Source of the DNA: Folioceros fuciformis
Lineage: Eukaryota
Assembly (NCBI GenBank): GCA_049999805.1
Contig: JBNGIO010006109.1
Coordinates: 62,001-82,536 of the forward strand
Direction of reading: 5' to 3'
DNA length: 20,536 bases
Under the pieces are notes generated by a model. It saw only the letters and a list, made by a program, of their open reading frames with translations. It made no database searches and was not told the DNA's origin. Positions 10,865 through 20,536 of this stretch are shown here, piece after piece (positions within the stretch are counted from its first letter, which is position 1; each line of letters starts with the position of its first letter). The position numbers were made by a program, and so were the translations under genes.

Positions 10865-11015
10865 CCTGACCTTCGGTACGCCTGACACAGGAACTTCTGC
10901 CACACTGGACACCAGACCGCTCATGCAGCTTTCTTGGGGTTGTCTTCGTAATTCGTCTGATCAATTCTCGTCTGCGAATAGGTGTCATTTGTCTACCATT
11001 CTGATGTTCTCGTCT
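10865..11015 (+). pseudogene. Degenerate duplicate of the SQS intron 11 end, exon 12 and intron 12 (copy of about 10195-10340)
   Basis: The exact 18-mer GTACGCCTGACACAGGAA occurs at 10205-10222 and 10876-10893. Co-linear similarity continues through CTGCCAC..CTGGACA..ACCG.TCATGC.GC..TCTTGG..CGTAAT..CTGCGAA.AGG..TTCTGAT. Confidence 0.8.
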
Positions 11016-11384
11016 ACGGTCGAAATGTAATGTTCTTCTCCCATCAATGTGTGATCTGCAAACGCAGAAGCACCTGGTCTGCACTGAACAATGCTTCTTA
11101 TTTGCTCAATCATATACATTGTTTGCAAAAATTGATTTAGGCCCCGGAAAAAGAATTGCACAATAAATTCGTTTATCTGCACTATTGTTCGCAATTCAGA
11201 ACTATTTTGAGAGACTACAAGAACCCGTGGCTTCTGGTTTGACTGAACAGTGTACAAACGATGGAAAGGGCATGTTTGATGCGTTGTTCCACTCTCTTCT
11301 AACGCAACAGCACCATGCTTGAGGATGTCCTGAGGCTTGATCCGACGCTTCCTATTGCATTAACTGATGACCTTGGATTTCACC

Positions 11385-13670
11385 TTAAGTCTTTTTCTTT
11401 GCCACAACTTTTGGAAAGCACGACAGCCGACTGAATACTGGGCCAGGTTTAGGCAATTCCCCATTCACAAGGGTTTTGGTGTACACCTCCCTGCAGTCGT
11501 GTACAACTTCCTTGGCATCCTTTCTTGGAATGCCCTCACGAAGGGCCACTACTTTCTCCACAACTTCTGGTGGACAATCGGGATGATTGCGAAGAATGTT
11601 GGTATACGCCATGGTAAAAGCGTCGACACTTTCAGCGGATGCTAGCTCTCTCAGCTCCAGCAGCGGCATGAGGGTAGTGTGAACTTGTGCCTCATCAATG
11701 AACCGCTTGAAGAAGTCGGCCAATTGCTCTTCATCTACAATCATCCTGGCAAGAGTTTCCTCTTTGATGTAGTTCCTCTGGGTCAAGAGGCGGTCAGCGT
11801 AAACCACGACCGTCTCTCCTAGACATGCCTCAGCGAACTGCAAGAAAGGCTTCTCCTCCAGGAACGTCTTCACATCTCCAAAATAATCACCATAGGTTGC
11901 AACAAGGTACTCAGTAACCGCTCCGTCATACCACTCTTTCAAGTGAAGCTTAGACACTAACTCCTTCACGCCAGGGTCTTCAAAGATGATACGGACCGTG
12001 CACTGCACAGCGGACTTGGTGAGATCCAAAAAGCCCTGGCAGGTAGCCTCAAAACTGATCTGATCATCATACTCAGAACCAAGATGCTCCTTTATATTGA
12101 TACCGAGATCCCTGGCCAAGGCATGGCAGCGCACGTTGTTGTTGATCATAGCACAGAGCGACTCCAGACCTAGTTGTGCCACAGGCTCTAAAAGCCTCTG
12201 CCCGAGCGCAGCCTGATAACCACTCAACACCTTGATAACAGCAGCAGCGATCTTGAAAATCATCACATCCGTGCTGTTCTGTTCCACATGATGCACCTGC
12301 TCGGTGAGGATGCCGAAAAGATCCACAGCCGCGGGTGTCCACAGCTTCCCGTCTTCTGTCACCTTAGGAGCCGTTGTCTTGTCCGCTTCCAGAATGTTCT
12401 TATACCATTTCTCCATGGTTTCCTGCATTCTTTCCACGTAGACCGCCATAAGAGGCTCCATGCAACCGCTTTCACCACACACCTGCGCCAGTTGCTCGTC
12501 TACTCCAAGGTTCACCAGTTGCACCTGATACTGCACCACCCACGCAGTTACCTTCAAGATCTCAATGTTCGATAGCTCTTTTGCCCTGTCGGCAAGCTTC
12601 CTAAGCATCTGGATGAAACGCTCTGTATATAGCTGGACCATGAGGTGTAAGATGTCGTACCGAGGGGGAAAACAGGGAGCCGCAAAGTCGTAGATATCAG
12701 GCAACTCGAGGGAAATGGCAGTGGCTTCTGCCAAAGCAGCCTTCAGATCCTTCTCCATGACGAGCTTGGTCAGAAGACAGTCAAATCTGGCTTCCACTGC
12801 CAGCCTGATTTTCTCGTAACATATGTCTTTGAAGCCCCTTCTACCCACCACCGGCTTCCCAGACGTACTTGCCCTGGCGGCAACACTCGTCCGCTTCGCC
12901 AATTCAGCTAGCGCGGCAGCTGAAGACGCCTTCCGACTGCCTCTGGCTCCCGAGATACCCGCAATCGGCTGCTGTCCAGCATCCCCAGCCGCCTCTGCAG
13001 CATCTTCTTTGTCCGCCAGCTCTTCCATTTCAACCACCTTGAGTGCACGAACGAGCGTCTGCGGACTCTCTTTAGCAAGCTTCAGAAAGTTCCCGATATG
13101 ACCCCAAAGCGTCTGCTCAAACTTCTCCCTCGTCACATTTACTTCCTCAAAGTACTCCGTCAGCTTGCTGGATTCCTCCTTCCTGGAGGAGGCTGCAGCA
13201 AGCGCAAACCTCCTCTTCCCCTCGAGAGCGGACAGCCTCTCGTAAGTCCTCACCAACTCCCGGTCGTCCGACAAAGACGCTCGGGCTGCTGCAGCCTCCA
13301 CGGAGATGGACATCATACCCTCCACATCCTGAAGCGTCACCGCGATGTTATTCCTTGCGTAGCTCAGCAACTTGATTTGCTCATGGTGTTCGATCAATTT
13401 CTGAGTCTCTCTGCACAGCTTATCGATGCGGCCAAAATCATCCCCAATCTGCGCCACGGTAATCTGAGCCGCCTTCAGCTGCTCGACACCAGCCCTGGCG
13501 TGCTCCACGAGCGTCATGACATCGGCACTGAGCTGCGCATCGTTCGCCTGCAGACGCTGCGCGTAATCGGATCGAATGGAGGCAATGTTGGTGAGGGAGT
13601 CCGGCAGCGGCAGAAGCTTCAACACGTCCCGCCTTGCCGATTCCTTGGCTTCCACTCCCTCATCTTGCAT
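11385..13670 (-). CDS. SEC6: Exocyst complex component SEC6 (EXOC3), 761 aa, intronless CDS
   Basis: The N-terminus [38 protein letters not shown], the internal APCFPPRY and the C-terminal [28 protein letters not shown] match plant SEC6. The ORF is uninterrupted, with the first ATG at 13670. Confidence 0.95.
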   Translation of the reverse strand: MQDEGVEAKESARRDVLKLLPLPDSLTNIASIRSDYAQRLQANDAQLSADVMTLVEHARAGVEQLKAAQITVAQIGDDFGRIDKLCRETQKLIEHHEQIKLLSYARNNIAVTLQDVEGMMSISVEAAAARASLSDDRELVRTYERLSALEGKRRFALAAASSRKEESSKLTEYFEEVNVTREKFEQTLWGHIGNFLKLAKESPQTLVRALKVVEMEELADKEDAAEAAGDAGQQPIAGISGARGSRKASSAAALAELAKRTSVAARASTSGKPVVGRRGFKDICYEKIRLAVEARFDCLLTKLVMEKDLKAALAEATAISLELPDIYDFAAPCFPPRYDILHLMVQLYTERFIQMLRKLADRAKELSNIEILKVTAWVVQYQVQLVNLGVDEQLAQVCGESGCMEPLMAVYVERMQETMEKWYKNILEADKTTAPKVTEDGKLWTPAAVDLFGILTEQVHHVEQNSTDVMIFKIAAAVIKVLSGYQAALGQRLLEPVAQLGLESLCAMINNNVRCHALARDLGINIKEHLGSEYDDQISFEATCQGFLDLTKSAVQCTVRIIFEDPGVKELVSKLHLKEWYDGAVTEYLVATYGDYFGDVKTFLEEKPFLQFAEACLGETVVVYADRLLTQRNYIKEETLARMIVDEEQLADFFKRFIDEAQVHTTLMPLLELRELASAESVDAFTMAYTNILRNHPDCPPEVVEKVVALREGIPRKDAKEVVHDCREVYTKTLVNGELPKPGPVFSRLSCFPKVVAKKKT

Positions 13671-13802
13671 CTTCACCGACAGAAGGATCCCCGAGCCTCA
13701 AAAAAGAACTGAGTCCAAGAAAGCCCCTCTCCTGTTCCTTGGCAAAATCTTGACGACTCCCTCCCTTACCCCAGCAATGTGACCAACAGCATCCAATATT
13801 TC

Positions 13803-16088
13803 TCAATCCGTGTCTTCATCCTTCTCTTGCTCATCCTCCTCCAGATCATACAACAGCGCCCGCCGCTGCCCGGCAAACACACACGCCAGCCCTCTGGACG
13901 CGCTGACAGCCAGCGGCGCAACCGCCTCCGGTTGCGCCACAGCCCTAGCCTTGCCGTCCTTGAGCCCGACCGACACAAACGCCCCCGCCGAAGAGCACAT
14001 GTGCAGGAGATCCGGGGATCCAGAGGGGACGGGAATCCGCGCGAAAGGCAGCCCGTCCAGGCTCAGAAGCAGGAGCCAGGCCTGCCTGGCTCCGTCTCCG
14101 CCTACCGCCTTCCTCTCGGCCACCAACAGGATGAGCTGCTGGTTCTTGTAAAGCGATAAGTCGATGCAGCAAAGCTCTCCTCCCAGACACACGGCTACCG
14201 CATCAACATAGGCGGCGTCGGCCCCCTGGCTCCTGCTGCACCCGAATCCCCTCATGATCCCCACGGCACAGGGCGCACCAGCAGCGCTCGACTCCACCTC
14301 CATGTTGAAGCAGATGTAGTCCTGCAGCTTCGCCTGCCCCCTCATCCCGCCCTCCTGTTTCACCTCGAAGTACATGTGCGACAGCGGAGGGCCCCTGCCG
14401 TCCCTACACGCTCCGCACAACAAGACGCTGCTCCGGGCGGGGAAATTCGGGGACATGGCCTTCGGTGGCGTGGAGAAAGCCTCCAGGCACCGCTCACACA
14501 AGTCTTTGATCTGGTCGAAGAGCGTCCTCCTAAGAAATCCCTTGTCCTGGAACCCTCCCACCAGAGCCAGCTCCGCCACCCTCAACTCTTCCTCCTCCTC
14601 CTCCTCTTCCTCTCGCTGCAGCTCGCCACCAGCCGCAAGCTGGGGGCCCACCACGTCCTTCAGGAAGTGGGTCCGCAAGAAAGAAGCCACCACGGCGGGC
14701 TCCACCGGCGGCGGCGGATCCCCCTGCGGTACAGCCTCGTTGTTCAGCTGGTAGAGCGCCTTGGTGAGCCAGGCGAGGAAGAGCCGGAAATGGGCTGTGG
14801 CGTCCACCACCATGAGCAGCACCCGCTCGACATGCACCATCACCATCCCGGCGGCATCCACCGCCCGCTCCATCACCTCCTCCTCCAGCCCCACGCTCCG
14901 AAAGCGTTTCCCAGACCGTGACAGCGCCAGCAGCTCCCCAAGCCGGAACGCGATCATCTCCGCCGCGGGCTGCAGGTGCTCCGCAACCACGACGTGCATC
15001 TCCCGACCCACCGCCTCGAAACTCTTCGAGAGGCGCTTAAGCCCGGCCTCGCCCACAGAGGAGGCAAGGAACTGGTGCAGCCCGGACCCGGCCGCGCCCC
15101 CGGCCAGCAGGCTGAAGAGCTCCTCCTGCGGGCTAGCCGCGGACCCGTGGTCCGCCAACAACGCACCCAGCCCCTGGAACTTCTCCCTGAAGCCCCCCAC
15201 GGCGTCCGCCCAGTGCTTCCGCATCACAGCCACCGACGCATGCAGCACCTCCAGCAGCTCGTCCACTCCAGACGTCTGTAGCGCAACCTGCCGGAGCTCC
15301 CGCCTCCGGTCCCCGAGCAGAGCGGTGTCCACGGCGACGCCGTGCATCGCCCTGTCGCTCCCCCCCCGGCACAGCACCGTGAGGTGCCGGAGGTCTGGGG
15401 AGAGCGCCACCCGGAGCACGGCTGGCTCCCGGATCCCAGAACAGAGATGGCGGACGTCGAGGCGGGCCAGGAGGAACACCCCGAACGCGCTGAGGCAAAT
15501 GACGCCACGCTCATCTCCACTCACCAGGACGCTGAGCCGGCGACGGTGCAGAGCCCGAGTGCCGGCCCTGGAGGTGGAGAGAGAGGCGTCGTCCCCAAGG
15601 GCCCCGACTAGGTCGAAGGAGGGCGCCGCCCCGGGCATGGGAGGCGGGCGGGGCGCGGAAGGGAAGAAGCGCGGGGTGCGGTCCTGGAAGAGCATAGGGT
15701 AGAGGGCGTCATCGAGCTGTGCTACCTCCTCTGTCCACTGCAGACACTCCACAGCGGCTTGGTGGACGCGCACGGTGCGCAAGAGCTCGCCGTTCTCCAC
15801 GTCGTGCAGGGAGATGGCGCCGCTGTCGTGGCCCACAGCCAGGGCCTTCCCGTCGGGCCGCCAGCAGATGGCAGTGGCTCGCCGCTCTGGGGATATCGCC
15901 CACAGCCTCTGCCAGTTGAAGCGGTGCACGATCAGCTGATGCTCTCGCGTCACCATCGCTAGCAGATCCTTGTCCACATTCCATGCCGCCACGTCCACGG
16001 CGCCAGACAGCGGCTTGTCCAGGAGCAGCGTGAAGTGCAGTCCGCCGTCCTCGTTCCCGCCCGCCGCTTCCTCCTCCTCCTCCGCCAT
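13803..16088 (-). CDS. APC4: Anaphase-promoting complex subunit 4, 761 aa, intronless and GC-rich CDS
   Basis: The APC4 WD40-type N-terminus WNVDKDLLAMVT...HRFNWQRLW.I...CWRPDGKALAVG...LHDVENG and the C-terminal PLAVSASRGLACVFAGQRRALLYDLEEDE are present. The first ATG is at 16088; the ORF track begins at an upstream TTG. Confidence 0.93.
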   Translation of the reverse strand: MAEEEEEAAGGNEDGGLHFTLLLDKPLSGAVDVAAWNVDKDLLAMVTREHQLIVHRFNWQRLWAISPERRATAICWRPDGKALAVGHDSGAISLHDVENGELLRTVRVHQAAVECLQWTEEVAQLDDALYPMLFQDRTPRFFPSAPRPPPMPGAAPSFDLVGALGDDASLSTSRAGTRALHRRRLSVLVSGDERGVICLSAFGVFLLARLDVRHLCSGIREPAVLRVALSPDLRHLTVLCRGGSDRAMHGVAVDTALLGDRRRELRQVALQTSGVDELLEVLHASVAVMRKHWADAVGGFREKFQGLGALLADHGSAASPQEELFSLLAGGAAGSGLHQFLASSVGEAGLKRLSKSFEAVGREMHVVVAEHLQPAAEMIAFRLGELLALSRSGKRFRSVGLEEEVMERAVDAAGMVMVHVERVLLMVVDATAHFRLFLAWLTKALYQLNNEAVPQGDPPPPVEPAVVASFLRTHFLKDVVGPQLAAGGELQREEEEEEEEELRVAELALVGGFQDKGFLRRTLFDQIKDLCERCLEAFSTPPKAMSPNFPARSSVLLCGACRDGRGPPLSHMYFEVKQEGGMRGQAKLQDYICFNMEVESSAAGAPCAVGIMRGFGCSRSQGADAAYVDAVAVCLGGELCCIDLSLYKNQQLILLVAERKAVGGDGARQAWLLLLSLDGLPFARIPVPSGSPDLLHMCSSAGAFVSVGLKDGKARAVAQPEAVAPLAVSASRGLACVFAGQRRALLYDLEEDEQEKDEDTD

Positions 16089-16234
16089 CGTCGTCGCCAA
16101 TGAAGCGACTCAGAAGACCAGTCCTCCTCAGTTGATTGCATTTGCCACTCACACCGTCTTCCAACTAAAAAAGGGCCAACAACCCACAGAAGAGATCGAA
16201 TTTGTCCTCGGCTCTATCCCTGGACATTCGTAAC
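16089..16234. promoter_or_regulatory. Putative bidirectional promoter (146 bp) between APC4 and the FAD oxidoreductase gene
   Basis: Divergent ATGs at 16088 (-) and 16235 (+), separated by a spacer that is more AT-rich than the flanking CDSs. Confidence 0.5.
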
Positions 16235-18564
16235 ATGTCGCAATTTGGATGCGCACAGGGGAGCCTGTGGGGGCTGGCGGTCCCCGTTACCTGCCCGTTG
16301 CAGGCCAGGGCCACCGTGCGGCAATGCCCTTCTTCGCAACTTGTGCGGGCCATGTCCGTTGCTTCCAAGGATGGACTTCGGAGGTACCGGTTTGCTCTAC
16401 CTGTTACGTGTGCTGGTCCGGTGGACTGGCTGGCCGCTGGAGGCGTGCTGAATCCCTATCGTTTTCCAGGTTCGCGGTTCTCGGGGCAGGGTTTGCAGGG
16501 GTGTCCGTGGCATGGCATCTGTTGCAGGTCAGCTTCAAAGCAGTATGTGGAGGGTGATGATGGTGGATGACGAAGTGCACTGTCCCCGTGACATCCAAGC
16601 TGACATTGGTGGACTTGGTAATGCAATGCAGCACACAACTGCAGCAGCTCCAGTCTGTGTTGAGTTGTACGACGAGGGAGGGATAGGTGCTGGAGCTTCG
16701 GGTGTCTCCGGGGGTTTGCTGCACCCCTACAATCCACAAGGTTCCTACCTTTCCCACTGCTCTCGGGTACGTTGAAGTGCACTTCGTTGTGCCTTCCCTG
16801 ATTCGGTGACAAGATGGTGATGGTGCGTGCCGACAATGCGTGCTTCTCTTTTTCCTTGGGTGTGTGTAGGTAGTCTTTTGTGGAAGGGAGCCGAGGGTTT
16901 TGCCGCAGCATTGAAACTTATCGAAGTTGCCGAGCTATACAGCAGGGGGCTTGCTGAAGACGAGCGCTCTGAGAAACCGGGCCCGGCTGTTGCAAGTGAG
17001 CCCATCGCCTGGCGAAGGTTCGCTTCGAAATGAGTCCAAGCCGTCTGCATAGGTAGCTGGTGTACGTGGCTGGCGTAAGTGTCGTTCAACAGGCCGTGAT
17101 GCCCTCGGTACATGCTGCAGGGGAATTGTGAGACCTGCAATTTTGGAGAAGCATGCAGCAGGCTTTAGAAAGGTGTGACGAGAAGGGGCTTTGCGTCACC
17201 AATGATTCACGACGTGGAGGTTGTAGCCCTACGGCTGTCAGTCGGAGATTTCCAAGCTCACTTTGGTTGGGGCGGAATTCTGTGCAGAACGTGAAGCCAA
17301 GCAGTGGGCAGGGTGTGCTGTGCCTTGATAGCAAGTCCTTGGAACGTCTGGTGCCTGGGCTTCGTGTCCCTACAGAAGATCGTATTGCCCTGCATATGCC
17401 ACTGGGTATAAATGTACATCCGGAGCGTTACCTTCAGGTTTGGATCTGTACGAGCTTAGCGGTGGGTGCAGGTTATGCAAACGTGGCTTCATTCCCAGTC
17501 CTTGGTAGCTGATAAGCCGCTGTGGGGTAAACTTCAAATGTGCTGCAGGCCCTGTGGCTGGCGTGTAGACTATACAGCAAGAAAGCTGAAGCCTCGGGAT
17601 GTGTGGGGACTCAGGCACTGCTCCATCAGGAAAGCATACAGAATCTCTCAAGTCTTGCAGGTCATCATCAGTGCGCATCATCATGGCCCTGTCATGACCT
17701 GAATTAGCACTTCTTCTGGCATCTAACGAAGTGTGGTTGTGTTCCGCACAGGACGATTTGAAGCAGTCGTTGTTTGTGTAGGAGCAAGGGCTTCTCTTTT
17801 ACCGGAACTGGCGGGCAAGCTGCCCATTTCATTTTGCAGAGGCATTGTCGCGGATTTACAGAGTCCAGCATCTGTCAGGCATAGTTCTCATCCGTTTCCA
17901 CCTTTGGCTTGCCGTTCCTTTCATGGCTTTTTGAGCTCGTGCACTTTCGGCTTGTCACTCATGTCTGGGTAGCCTTGGATGCGTGGCAGTTAACATACTA
18001 GTAGCAGTCTTAGCGCAGAGATGATACGCCGGCAGACATACAATCTCATGGCATGCCTGTAGCAGGGAGGAGCACCCGGAGCAGACACCAAGCATATTAG
18101 CGAACACTTGGCTAGCGGTTCAAGGGCGGAGAAATATGGTTATGGGTGCAACCAAAGAATGGGGCCCCACTCATCTGTCAACTCGCCTTTCCCTGGCAGA
18201 AGCCACCGATGCATATGATGTCCTGGTTCAAAAGACCAAAGTTTTCTACCCGCTAATCTCAAGATGGGAGGTGCTGCAAATGCGAGCAGGCGTTCGTGCG
18301 ATGCCACCACGGACGCACATAGGGGCTCTTCCTTTAGTGGGTTGCATCGACAAGTGGGTGATGCCCTCCAACAGCTCAGATGACATGCGTACGAAGTTTT
18401 GGTTCTTCGGAGGTTTGGGAGCCAGAGGTCTGGTGTATCACGGTCTGATAGGCGAGCAGGTAGCACAAGCCGTGGTGACTTCAAATGCCGCTTCGGTCTT
18501 TGTGGAGTGTAGGCAGTGGATTGATGCTGATCCAACTCCATCTATGCCCAGAAGGGTTGTTTAG
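16235..18564 (+). CDS. FAD-dependent oxidoreductase, DAO/glycine-oxidase-like family, probably organelle-targeted, about 467 aa; exons 16235-16383, 16470-16527, 16632-16740, 16870-17017, 17121-17172, 17288-17437, 17549-17660, 17752-17878, 18066-18564
   Basis: Rossmann motif RFAVLGAGFAGVSVAWHL, plus GAGASGVSGGLLHPY, VVVCVGA, RAGVRAMPP...LPLVG and FFGGLGARGLVYH. The exon phases are consistent if the last intron is GC-AG. Confidence 0.85.
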
Positions 18565-19065
18565 AGCTCAAGGATACTCTTAGATCTGCACGTTGTATGG
18601 GCTGAGGCGCTTTGAGCCTTAAATCGTGGTTATCTAAGAGATACATTTGTAAGGGTGGAGGAGCTGCCGAGATCCGTCACGAGTGTGCCACACTTCCTGG
18701 AGAGTAAAGTTCGGACATGCCTGCGAGCCCAGTGATGGAAATGAAAGTTAGAGTTTAGCAAGATCTTTTCGAAAAGGAGAGTTATAAGATGAACGACGTG
18801 GACGACAGAATCCAAACCTGCGCGGGCGAACCCACATGATTTCTAGACATGCCCGATAACCACTCCGGTACGTCCACTCGAAGGACAATTAGAATTAGTT
18901 GTATAAAAATAAGAACTCCTTTGCCACTCCAGCATGGCCCTCCTTCCCCGTGCAGTTAATTGAGTAAGCAGGCGCGAAGATTGCCGACAGGAGAGTTGCA
19001 TTCCTTGCGCAATTCAGCAGCGGGAAGGTGGCCATGTGGTGGCAATTCGTGAGACACACGCAGTG

Positions 19066-20536
19066 CTAGAGAAAATGGAGGCCAGAGATGGGCTGCACAC
19101 GGTGGGTGGCGAGATGAAGATGCTCCATGCCCGCCAGGGCCAGAAGCTGCTGATCCGCGAATCCGTAGGCTCGGTTGAATTGCTTGGTGCAGGCCTTGGA
19201 GGAGGAGGAGGCGTACTCCCCGGAGCAAATCTTACAGCCGACGAAATGCGTGACGAAAGGCCACACATCCTGCTCATTCTTGCTGTCGACTAGATTGCCC
19301 TGGGCCTCCCACTTGTCGTACTTGTCCACCAAAATCTGCCAGTAGCCGTGGAGGTAGTATCGCAGCTCCAGGTAGACTCGGAAGAAGTCGTCCTGCGTTC
19401 TGTTCCTGTCCGTCACCACCTTGTTCTCCCGCAGCAGGTACACCAGCGCGCTCTGGTCGTCCGCAGGCCAGCTCTTGGGCCGGGTGGGCAGCTCTGCGTT
19501 CAGCTTGGTGCGTATGGCGAGCTCTTTCGCCGGGTCGCCCATCTGGATCCACCGGTCGAAGAAGTCGAGCGTGAAGTCGCAGTTCTTCATGAGGAAGACC
19601 CCGGCGTTGATTCCGGTCCAGTCGGGGTTGTCACCATACACCTGCACCCACACACACGCGTCGCATTCCCACGTTCATTCCATGGCGGTCCAGGTGAGGG
19701 AAGTCGGTGCATCGTTCTACTTTATCTGCACAACCCAAGCGAAGGCAAGCCAAGGCAAGCCGACAACGTTGGCGAGGCGGTTAGCAGCAGAGCTAGCTAG
19801 CACTTCTCCCACCACACAACACCACACCACACCAGGCCGGCGCTTGCACCCGCAGAGCCATGGCACCAACAGCACGGCGTGAACAGAGGCCGGGAACACG
19901 GCTTCCTTACGAAGCGCCAGAAGCCAGGCGGTGCAGGGGCAACAAAGGCGCGAACCATACCCACCTTGTCGTCGAAGCCGTGGAAAACCATGCGCTTCCC
20001 CCACTTGTCGTAGTCTGTGAACGGGATCTCGAAGGCCATGTCGGTGAACATGGCGTCCCCGTCCATCCACATGAACCACGGGATGTCCGGGAACGTGAGC
20101 ATGAGCTTCTTGAGCAGCCTGTACCTGGCCCACGTCCCGGGCATGCTCTCGTCCCAGACCTCCAGACTGTACCACACCTTGCAGCCGTGGAGGTTGCAGT
20201 AGTCCACCTTGTTCTTGTAGCTCTTCATGAGCATGTGGGAGCCCTCCATGGTCTGGCACCCTGTGGGCCGCTCCGCCGTCACCAGCAAGAAACGGATAGG
20301 CGCCTCCCCGTTACGCTGCAGCGCCGCCCTCTGCATGGAGCGCGTCTGCTGCTGCATCGCCATCGCCCTGGCGCTCATGGTAGCCGCCTTGCTGTACCGT
20401 CTCCCTCTCCCGAGCCCGGACTCGCCATACGCATCCCCATCCCCGCCCCCGCTACTTCCAACCAGCACCCGCCTCCCGGACGCCTCCTCGTCGCTCTCGC
20501 CCGAGTTCACAAAACACAAAAACACAGTACACGACA
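19066..20536 (-). CDS. Glycosyltransferase family GT34 (GMA12/MNN10; xyloglucan xylosyltransferase or galactomannan galactosyltransferase-like), 5'-partial; exons >20536-19965, 19641-19066
   Basis: Motifs KNKVDYC.LHG, WFMWMDGDAMFTDMAFEIP (DxD), W.GINAGVFLMKNC, ADDQSALVYLL, YYLHGYW and WPFVTHFVGCK.C are present. One GT-AG intron spans 19964-19642. The frame stays open to the window edge through a hydrophobic stretch (SCTVFLCFV), probably the type II anchor. Confidence 0.9.

Noticed and set aside
10572-11084. 170-aa minus-strand ORF containing SEC6-like residues, as a new chimeric gene
   Set aside because: It has a non-ATG start, only the part after the frameshift is in the SEC6 frame, and the rest is antisense of the SQS remnant. 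A pseudogene fragment explains it better.
13098-15962. Many long plus-strand ORFs (e.g. 14761-15702, 13098-13712)
   Set aside because: They are antisense shadows of the SEC6 and GC-rich APC4 coding sequences, with low-complexity S/A/R/T translations and no recognisable motifs.
11385-16088. SEC6 and APC4 CDSs are both exactly 2286 bp (761 aa) from the first ATG
   Set aside because: There is no sequence similarity between them and both lengths are normal for their families, so this is coincidence.
723-16088. APC/C inhibitor-like gene and APC4 within about 13 kb as a functional cluster
   Set aside because: They are separated by four unrelated genes in a very compact genome, and nothing in the sequence argues against chance.
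7942-20536. Triterpene biosynthetic gene cluster (SQS + oxidoreductase + glycosyltransferase)
   Set aside because: The FAD enzyme is DAO-like rather than squalene epoxidase, GT34 is a cell-wall polysaccharide enzyme rather than a UGT, and no oxidosqualene cyclase or P450 is present.
1-20536. Transposons, CRISPR arrays, tRNA/rRNA genes or prokaryotic operons
   Set aside because: I saw no transposase or RT motifs, terminal repeats, regularly spaced repeats or structured RNA signatures. The spliceosomal introns show the DNA is eukaryotic nuclear.

Overview
A compact, gene-dense eukaryotic window from a land plant. It has short GT-AG introns and very small intergenic gaps, and the style suggests a bryophyte such as a hornwort (inference only). 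Eight protein-coding genes can be modelled by hand. In order they are a UVI4/OSD1-like APC/C inhibitor (+), a plastid-type membrane protein (+), a RING-CH E3 ligase fused to a DUF179/AlgH domain (-), a 13-exon squalene synthase (+), an intronless SEC6 (-), an intronless APC4 (-), a DAO-family FAD oxidoreductase (+) and a GT34 glycosyltransferase (-, 5' end outside the window). Four observations stand out. (1) The RING-CH + TM + DUF179 fusion. (2) An old tandem duplication of the convergent SQS/SEC6 3'-end junction, which left reciprocal remnants, one of which keeps an intact splice acceptor and could act as an alternative anchor-less SQS last exon. (3) APC4 and SEC6 are both intronless, on the same strand and only 132 bp apart, a possible dicistronic unit. 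(4) A dense cluster of TTTGAA (CHR-like) and MSA motifs lies upstream of the UVI4-like gene. All family calls come from motif recognition, not from database searches.
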